Assembly (NCBI GenBank): GCA_019594025.1
Contig: JAFDUB010000001.1
Span: 1-49,190 of the forward strand
Direction of reading: 5' to 3'
DNA length: 49,190 bases
Source of the DNA: Thermoplasmata archaeon
GTDB lineage: Archaea > Thermoplasmatota > Thermoplasmata > Halarchaeoplasmatales > Halarchaeoplasmataceae
Below the pieces are notes generated by a model. That model was not told the origin of the DNA, made no database searches, and saw only the letters and a list, made by a program, of their open reading frames with translations. A program made the position numbers and the translations under genes. Shown here piece after piece: positions 44,465-49,190 of the stretch. The number at the start of each line of letters is the position of its first letter. Positions within the stretch are counted from its first letter, which is position 1.

Positions 44465-45391
44465 ATGATAGAAGGAAAAGGTTATGGAAAATGTATACTT
44501 TTTAACGAACATTTTGTTGTGTATAACATACCGTCGATCGTTTCAGCTATCGGAGACTATACGTTAGCAACGGTGGAGGCTACCGAGTCAGGGGGAGTTC
44601 GATTGATCGATGATCGACCTGCTACCCCCGGTTACAAGGAGGGAAAGTTGGAGCATCAAAAGGATTCTCTCCGCCGTATTTTGGAGGCCATGGGTATAGA
44701 TTCCGATGAAAATCTGAAGATCACGTTGGGCGGGACCCTTTACTGTGCTTCCGGTGTCGGAGCATCGGCAGCTTCCTGTACAGCGATCGCCAGGGCGCTT
44801 AACCGGTACTTCGATATGGGGATGGATGATGATCAAATCAATGAAATCGCATATGAAGGGGAGAAGGGCTATCACGGAACGCCCTCGGGAGTGGATAACG
44901 CTGCTTCAACTTACGGCGGACTGATATGGTTTGTAAGGGGTGAAGAGAACACCTTTGAGCCCATATCGTTGAAGGAACCTGTGGAGATTGTCATGGGAAA
45001 TACCGGTAAGGTGGCCAATACCAAAGCTGCGGTCGCTGGGGTGAGGGAGCGAAAAGAGAAATACCCTGAGAAGTACGAAGAGATATTCGAAAAAGCAAGA
45101 AAACTTGCACACGATGCTCGAGAAGCTTTAGAGGCACAGGACACAAAAAAAGTTGGAGAACTGATGAACCGCAATCATTCGCTGCTGCAGGATATCGAGG
45201 TGTCCGATGAGGATCTGGATATGCTGGTCGAAACCGCACGCTCCGCCGGTGCGGTAGGTGCAAAGATGACCGGCGGTGGACTGGGAGGTTATATGGTAGC
45301 ACTTACTCCCGGGAAAAAGCTGCAGGAGGCGGTGGCCAAGGCTATGGAAGATAAGGGATTCAGGGTCCTGCGAACGAGGATAGGAGTTTAA
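44465..45391 (+). CDS. Second, divergent GHMP kinase (mevalonate-kinase-like paralog)
   Basis: 308 aa. Motif I variant is GKCILFNEHFVVYN, motif II variant is ASGVGASAAS, the Asp block is HGTPSGVDNAASTYGG and motif III is KMTGGGLGGYMVAL. The gap to the UbiD gene is 8 nt. Confidence 0.7.
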   Translation: MIEGKGYGKCILFNEHFVVYNIPSIVSAIGDYTLATVEATESGGVRLIDDRPATPGYKEGKLEHQKDSLRRILEAMGIDSDENLKITLGGTLYCASGVGASAASCTAIARALNRYFDMGMDDDQINEIAYEGEKGYHGTPSGVDNAASTYGGLIWFVRGEENTFEPISLKEPVEIVMGNTGKVANTKAAVAGVRERKEKYPEKYEEIFEKARKLAHDAREALEAQDTKKVGELMNRNHSLLQDIEVSDEDLDMLVETARSAGAVGAKMTGGGLGGYMVALTPGKKLQEAVAKAMEDKGFRVLRTRIGV

Positions 45392-45399
45392 AAGGTGAT

Positions 45400-46716
45400 G
45401 TGATGCATCTTAGACCATTTTTAAATAAGCTGGAAAAAGAAGGAAAATTGTTACATGTTGATAAGGAAGTTGACCACAAATACGAAGTTGCCAGTGTGAT
45501 GAATTCTTTGGAAGAGAGACCCACCATTTTTGAAAATATAGAGGGTTTCTCGTTCCCGGTCTTCGGAGGTATCACATCGAATAGAGACTTGATCGCCGAG
45601 AGTATGGATACTAGCAAGGAGATGCTTATGCCTAAACTTGTGGAAGCTCTGCGTAATCCCATAGAGTGCGATGTAGTCTCGGAGGCACCCTGTCAGGAAG
45701 TGGTGTTGAAGGGTGATGAAGTTGATCTGGATATGCTGCCCATGCTGCACCATCTCCCAGGTGACGGTGGTAGGTACGGAACTGCAACCGTAGCTGTGAT
45801 CAAAGACCCGGATACAGGCAGGAACGCTTCGTATCATAGGATAATGCAGGTGGGAAAAAATAGATGCACAGCTAGATTGATACCAAAAAGGCAGACTAGG
45901 ACTACCTACGATAAAATCGACGGCGATCTTGAAATGGCTATTTGCGTCGGTAACTCGGTACAGGTGATGATAGCTGCTTCACTAGGCCCTCCTTCCGAAG
46001 TGGACGAACTAGAGATCGCCAATTCTCTCGACGAAACTCCTTTGGTCAAATGTATCACAAAGGATCTGGAGGTTCCTGCACAGTCGGAATTCGTATTGGA
46101 AGGAAGGATCACACGCGAACTCGATAGGGAAGGTCCTTTTGTTGATCTAACCGAGACTAGGGATATAGAGCGTCAGGAGCCTGTTTTTGTGGTCGATTGC
46201 ATAACACATCGCAGGGACGCAATGTGGCAGATGTTGTTGCCCGGGAGGATGGAGCACAAGATACTGATGGGTATGCCCAAGGAGCCAACTATTTACGACA
46301 AGGTCTCTCAGGTGGCTAACTGTAAAAACGTGCTGATCACTTTAGGCGGCGGCTCTTGGCTACACGGTATAGTACAGATAGAAAAAGAAGGTCCTAAAGA
46401 TGGCAAAAAAGCTATAGAGGCCGCCTTCAAAGGCCACGGCTCCATGAAGCACGTAGTGGTGGTGGATGAAGACGTCGATATTTACGATCATCTAAAAGTC
46501 GAGTGGGCTATTGCTACCCGTTTTCAGGGAGACAAAGATCTAGTGATACTGCCCGATCAACCTGGCTCTTCACTGGATCCAAGCGGCGATCACTCTGGTA
46601 AGAAGACGAAGACCACAAAGGTTGGTGTGGACGCCACCATCCCGAAGGATGTTGATCCTACGAAATACAAGAAGGAAACATACGAGGAAGTCGATGTAGA
46701 TGATTACCTGCGGTGA
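45400..46716 (+). CDS. UbiD-family decarboxylase, probable anhydromevalonate phosphate decarboxylase (AMPD)
   Basis: 438 aa with a UbiD-like N-terminus (LRPFLNKLEKEGKLLHVDKEVD...PTIFENIEGFSFPVFGG). Its context lies between the MVK genes and AcnX. The ORF track start is GTG at 45400, but the ATG at 45403 is more likely. Confidence 0.78.
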   Translation: MMHLRPFLNKLEKEGKLLHVDKEVDHKYEVASVMNSLEERPTIFENIEGFSFPVFGGITSNRDLIAESMDTSKEMLMPKLVEALRNPIECDVVSEAPCQEVVLKGDEVDLDMLPMLHHLPGDGGRYGTATVAVIKDPDTGRNASYHRIMQVGKNRCTARLIPKRQTRTTYDKIDGDLEMAICVGNSVQVMIAASLGPPSEVDELEIANSLDETPLVKCITKDLEVPAQSEFVLEGRITRELDREGPFVDLTETRDIERQEPVFVVDCITHRRDAMWQMLLPGRMEHKILMGMPKEPTIYDKVSQVANCKNVLITLGGGSWLHGIVQIEKEGPKDGKKAIEAAFKGHGSMKHVVVVDEDVDIYDHLKVEWAIATRFQGDKDLVILPDQPGSSLDPSGDHSGKKTKTTKVGVDATIPKDVDPTKYKKETYEEVDVDDYLR

Positions 46717-47017
46717 TGGTAGATATAGGGTTTGGTTAAAAACTCGAAAGATAGGTAAAGATCGTTTGTATATACTTGGAGGTGGTGAAACACCCCACAT
46801 AGGTAGTATGGTGGTAAAAAAACCGGGTAAGGATGTTCGGAGTATGATTCTTGAAGATCATAAAGACCACCTTGTTATGGAACCGATAGCTGAGAAAGCT
46901 TCCGACAAGTACGGTATCACGGCCGTGGTCGTGGGAGGCATCCATATAGAGGATGCTACGGAAGAAGAGATAGAGATAATAGTTAAAAATTGTAAAGAGT
47001 TGATGAAATGTATCTGA
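46700..47017 (+). CDS. Small ORF coupled to UbiD; possibly an LpdD-like prenyl-FMN chaperone or accessory subunit
   Basis: 105 aa. It overlaps the UbiD 3' end by 17 nt and the AcnX 5' end by 10 nt. The ILGGGETPHIGSMVV motif resembles what I recall of LpdD-type proteins, which I could not verify. Confidence 0.45.
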   Translation: MITCGDGRYRVWLKTRKIGKDRLYILGGGETPHIGSMVVKKPGKDVRSMILEDHKDHLVMEPIAEKASDKYGITAVVVGGIHIEDATEEEIEIIVKNCKELMKCI

Positions 47018-48195
47018 CCAAAGAAGAAGAGGGTATCTTAGAAGGAGAAAAAGGTCCCGTGCTTGAAAAATTGATGCGGCTGCTCGCCCGTCTCGGAGAC
47101 ATATATGGAGCGGAAAAGATGATCCCAGTGGGGTCAGTACAGGTTTCGGGAGTATCCTACAAGTCCGTCGGTGATCCTGGGCTCGCCTTTCTCGAGGATA
47201 TGGCATCCAAAGGAGCAAAGGTATCGGTCCTCACCTTTTTGAATCCCGCAGGGATGGACCTGGAGGACTGGGAAAAGATCGGCTTTCCACAGGATTTTGC
47301 GAAAAAACAGCTTAAGATCATGAACGCATTCAAGAAGATGGGTATCGTGGTTACATCAACATGCACTCCTTACTTAGCAGGTAATCTACCGCGGTTCAGA
47401 GAACACATAGCTTGGTCCGAATCCTCCGCAGTTTCTTTCGCCAACTCAGTAATATCTGCTCGAACCAATCGTGAAGGTGGGCCGAGTGCGCTAGCCGCCG
47501 CCGTACTGGAGAAAACACCTGAGTACGGACTGCATTTGGACGAGAATAGAAAGCCCGACGTATTGGTGGATGTATCCTGTAAGATCGAATCCGATGCAGA
47601 TTTTGGGGCCTTGGGTTGGTACATCGGTAAATCGGTGAAGAGTAAAATACCTTACTTCAAAGGACTACCGTCTTGGAGTACGACGGACGATCTAAAAGCG
47701 CTGGGTGCTGCCATGGCGGCTTCGGGTGCGGTAGCGCTGTACTATGCTGAAGGGTTGACACCCGAAGCACATCTTCAGGATGTTTCAGATATAGAAAAAA
47801 TAACGGTCGAGGAGGAGGACATGAAAGAGACCTATGCGGCACTGAATTCGGGTGAAAAGCCCGATATAGTTATCTTAGGCTGCCCCCACGCTTCGATCAG
47901 AGATATTCAGAAAGTTGCCTCATTGGTCAACGGTAAAAGTCTTAAAAAACCACTGTGGGTATGCACTTCACGGGTGATGAAAGAAGCGGCTGATCGTATG
48001 GGATATACTGATGTAATAGAGGAGGCTGGAGGTCGGATCGTGGCGGACACCTGTATGGTGGTTTCACCGATAGAGTCCATGGGATATGGGACCACTGGAT
48101 GCAGCTCCGGAAAGGCCGCTCAATATCTACCAGGCTTCTGTAAGCAGAAGGTTGTATTCAACTCCATCGAATCATTGATCAAGGAGGTGTTATAG
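47008..48195 (+). CDS. Aconitase X catalytic subunit (DUF521), probable phosphomevalonate dehydratase large subunit
   Basis: 395 aa. The N-terminus MYLTKEEEGILEGEKGPVLEKLMRLL is typical of AcnX. Conserved Cys-containing blocks are TSTCTPY, LGCPHAS and DTCMVV. Confidence 0.85.
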   Translation: MYLTKEEEGILEGEKGPVLEKLMRLLARLGDIYGAEKMIPVGSVQVSGVSYKSVGDPGLAFLEDMASKGAKVSVLTFLNPAGMDLEDWEKIGFPQDFAKKQLKIMNAFKKMGIVVTSTCTPYLAGNLPRFREHIAWSESSAVSFANSVISARTNREGGPSALAAAVLEKTPEYGLHLDENRKPDVLVDVSCKIESDADFGALGWYIGKSVKSKIPYFKGLPSWSTTDDLKALGAAMAASGAVALYYAEGLTPEAHLQDVSDIEKITVEEEDMKETYAALNSGEKPDIVILGCPHASIRDIQKVASLVNGKSLKKPLWVCTSRVMKEAADRMGYTDVIEEAGGRIVADTCMVVSPIESMGYGTTGCSSGKAAQYLPGFCKQKVVFNSIESLIKEVL

Positions 48196-48591
48196 ATGGG
48201 GCGTATGATATCTCCGGGTAAGGCAACGGCCGACGCCATCGTGTCTGATGAGCCCATAGGATTCTACGGAGGTGTGGATATCGAAACAGGTATCGTCATC
48301 GAGAGGGGGCATCCGTTGGAAGGGGAATGTGTTACAGGAAAAGTACTCGTGTTTCCCAGGGGTAAAGGCTCGACGGTGGGTTCGTATGTGATATATGGGC
48401 TGGAGAAAAACAACGTAGGTCCGGTAGCCATCGTGAACGAAGAAACGGAGACCATCGTGGCCACTGGAGCGATTTTGGCGGGCATACCCTGTGTGGACGG
48501 TATAGATATCTCAAGATTCAAAAGCGGAGATATATTAACCGTGGACGCCGATAAAGGTTCAGTAGAAAAGGTGGGGTCAAAGGGCCTTTGA
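48196..48591 (+). CDS. Aconitase X swivel subunit (DUF126), probable phosphomevalonate dehydratase small subunit
   Basis: 131 aa with EPIGFYGGVDIETGIV and GKVLVFPRGKGSTVGSYV. It starts immediately after the large-subunit stop. Confidence 0.85.
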   Translation: MGRMISPGKATADAIVSDEPIGFYGGVDIETGIVIERGHPLEGECVTGKVLVFPRGKGSTVGSYVIYGLEKNNVGPVAIVNEETETIVATGAILAGIPCVDGIDISRFKSGDILTVDADKGSVEKVGSKGL

Positions 48592-48610
48592 ACATCCCTC
48601 CGATAGTTTA

Positions 48611-48637
48611 GATGTTATTTGAAGATTGAATAACATC
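48611..48637 (+). repeat. Perfect 9-bp inverted repeat GATGTTATT-N9-AATAACATC after the mevalonate operon
   Basis: Read directly, 20 nt downstream of the stop at 48591. It may be a transcript 3'-end hairpin or an operator for the next gene. No T-tract follows. Confidence 0.5.
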
Positions 48638-48672
48638 CAATAAACTTATACGTTCGAATATGATATGGAATT

Positions 48673-49188
48673 TTGATGAAAGAACGAGTGCAGACTAACA
48701 TTGAAGGTTTTGATGAATTGCTTAAAGGTGGAGTCCCAGAGGGTCATGTAGTATTGATATGCGGGGGCCCTGGTACGTTCAAGTCCAGCATCACTCTGAA
48801 TTTGCTTTCCAAACAGGTTAAGGGAAATGGTAAAAAAGCTCTTTACGTATCACTGGAGGAGTCTAAGGAGAGTTTGGAAGCTACGGCTGAAGGCTTGGGC
48901 ATCGATAAATGGGACGAACAGAACTTTCTATTAGCAGATGTGTCTAAGATTCGATTGGAGCAGACGGATGCAGGGAAGGCTCGTAACTGGATGAAGATCG
49001 TAGAGAAATATATCCGCAGAAGGGCGGAAGACGGTTTTGAGTTGATCGCTTTGGACTCGATGTCCGCGTTATATTCTTTGATGGAATTCGAAAATCCCCG
49101 GAAAGAGCTATTCCAGTTCTTTGGTTTTCTTAAGAGAATTTTGAAAAACCCCAATAAATATGGCACCAATTATGTAATCCAGATGTGA
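48673..49188 (+). CDS. KaiC/RecA-superfamily ATPase (single domain), apparently short
   Basis: IEGFDELLKGGVPEGHVVLICGGPGTFKSS (Walker A) and ELIALDSMSAL (Walker B). A TGA stop at 49186 gives only 171 aa, 2 nt before the window end. Confidence 0.7.
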   Translation: MMKERVQTNIEGFDELLKGGVPEGHVVLICGGPGTFKSSITLNLLSKQVKGNGKKALYVSLEESKESLEATAEGLGIDKWDEQNFLLADVSKIRLEQTDAGKARNWMKIVEKYIRRRAEDGFELIALDSMSALYSLMEFENPRKELFQFFGFLKRILKNPNKYGTNYVIQM

Positions 49189-49190
49189 AA

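Noticed and set aside
1-49190. Scan for tRNA, rRNA, CRISPR repeats, IS elements or transposases, integrases, and toxin-antitoxin or known defence gene sets.
   Set aside because: The intergenic regions are short (at most about 190 nt) and AT-rich, with no tRNA-like T-arm or acceptor patterns. There are no regularly spaced direct repeats. No ORF has transposase, integrase or nuclease-effector motifs. The only RHH protein is tied to ftsZ2 rather than to a toxin gene.

Overview
This is a densely coding archaeal chromosomal segment with standard stop codon usage; TGA ends EF-2 and uS7 at their natural C-termini. The gene content points to an anaerobic euryarchaeon: aEF-2, aIF5A, L7Ae/eS28/eL24, P0/P1, two FtsZ paralogs, the AcnX/UbiD-type archaeal mevalonate route, a rubredoxin-flavodiiron pair and a PEF-CTERM-like tail. 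The proteins are rather acidic. The first mevalonate kinase resembles Methanosarcina MVK as I remember it. I saw no rRNA, tRNA, CRISPR array, transposase or integrase.

Gene order:
- 0.1-3.4 kb: uS12-uS7-aEF-2.
- 3.5-6.5 kb: ribulose-monophosphate module (PHI, an EndoIV-like TIM barrel, an HPS-RraA fusion).
- 6.5-9.1 kb: DtdA and several small genes.
- 9.1-11.8 kb: glnA, then an unannotated 52-aa rubredoxin followed by FprA.
- 11.8-15.0 kb: a 1068-aa wHTH-STAND-TPR protein.
- 15.1-17.2 kb: glyoxylate reductase and an aminotransferase.
- 17.3-22.1 kb: glycan cluster (GT4, GT4, GT2, flippase).
- 22.1-25.1 kb: PhoU/DUF47/PiT.
- 25.2-29.6 kb: pyrH and a 1237-aa membrane protein.
- 29.7-32.8 kb: PepF, aIF5A and agmatinase.
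- 32.8-38.3 kb: ftsZ1, P1-P0-uL1, Toprim/DUF167, ftsZ2 and a tandem-RHH gene.
- 38.5-40.9 kb: a second STAND-TPR paralog.
- 40.9-43.3 kb: ndk-eL24-eS28-L7Ae and HtpX.
- 43.4-48.6 kb: a compact mevalonate operon.
- 48.7 kb to the window end: a KaiC-like ATPase.

Most noteworthy observations:
1. The aIF5A and agmatinase ORFs share one reading frame and are separated by a single TGA. The conserved first 52 agmatinase codons contain no ATG, GTG or TTG.
2. The 1237-aa protein combines a cytoplasmic (HhH)2 plus zinc ribbon, a TM helix, a large repeat-rich exodomain and a PEF-CTERM-like tail.
3. The mevalonate operon carries a second, divergent GHMP kinase. It also has a small translationally coupled ORF between the UbiD-type decarboxylase and the AcnX dehydratase.
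4. An internally duplicated RHH gene sits in front of ftsZ2.

All family assignments come from motif recognition by eye. No database search or numerical computation was run.
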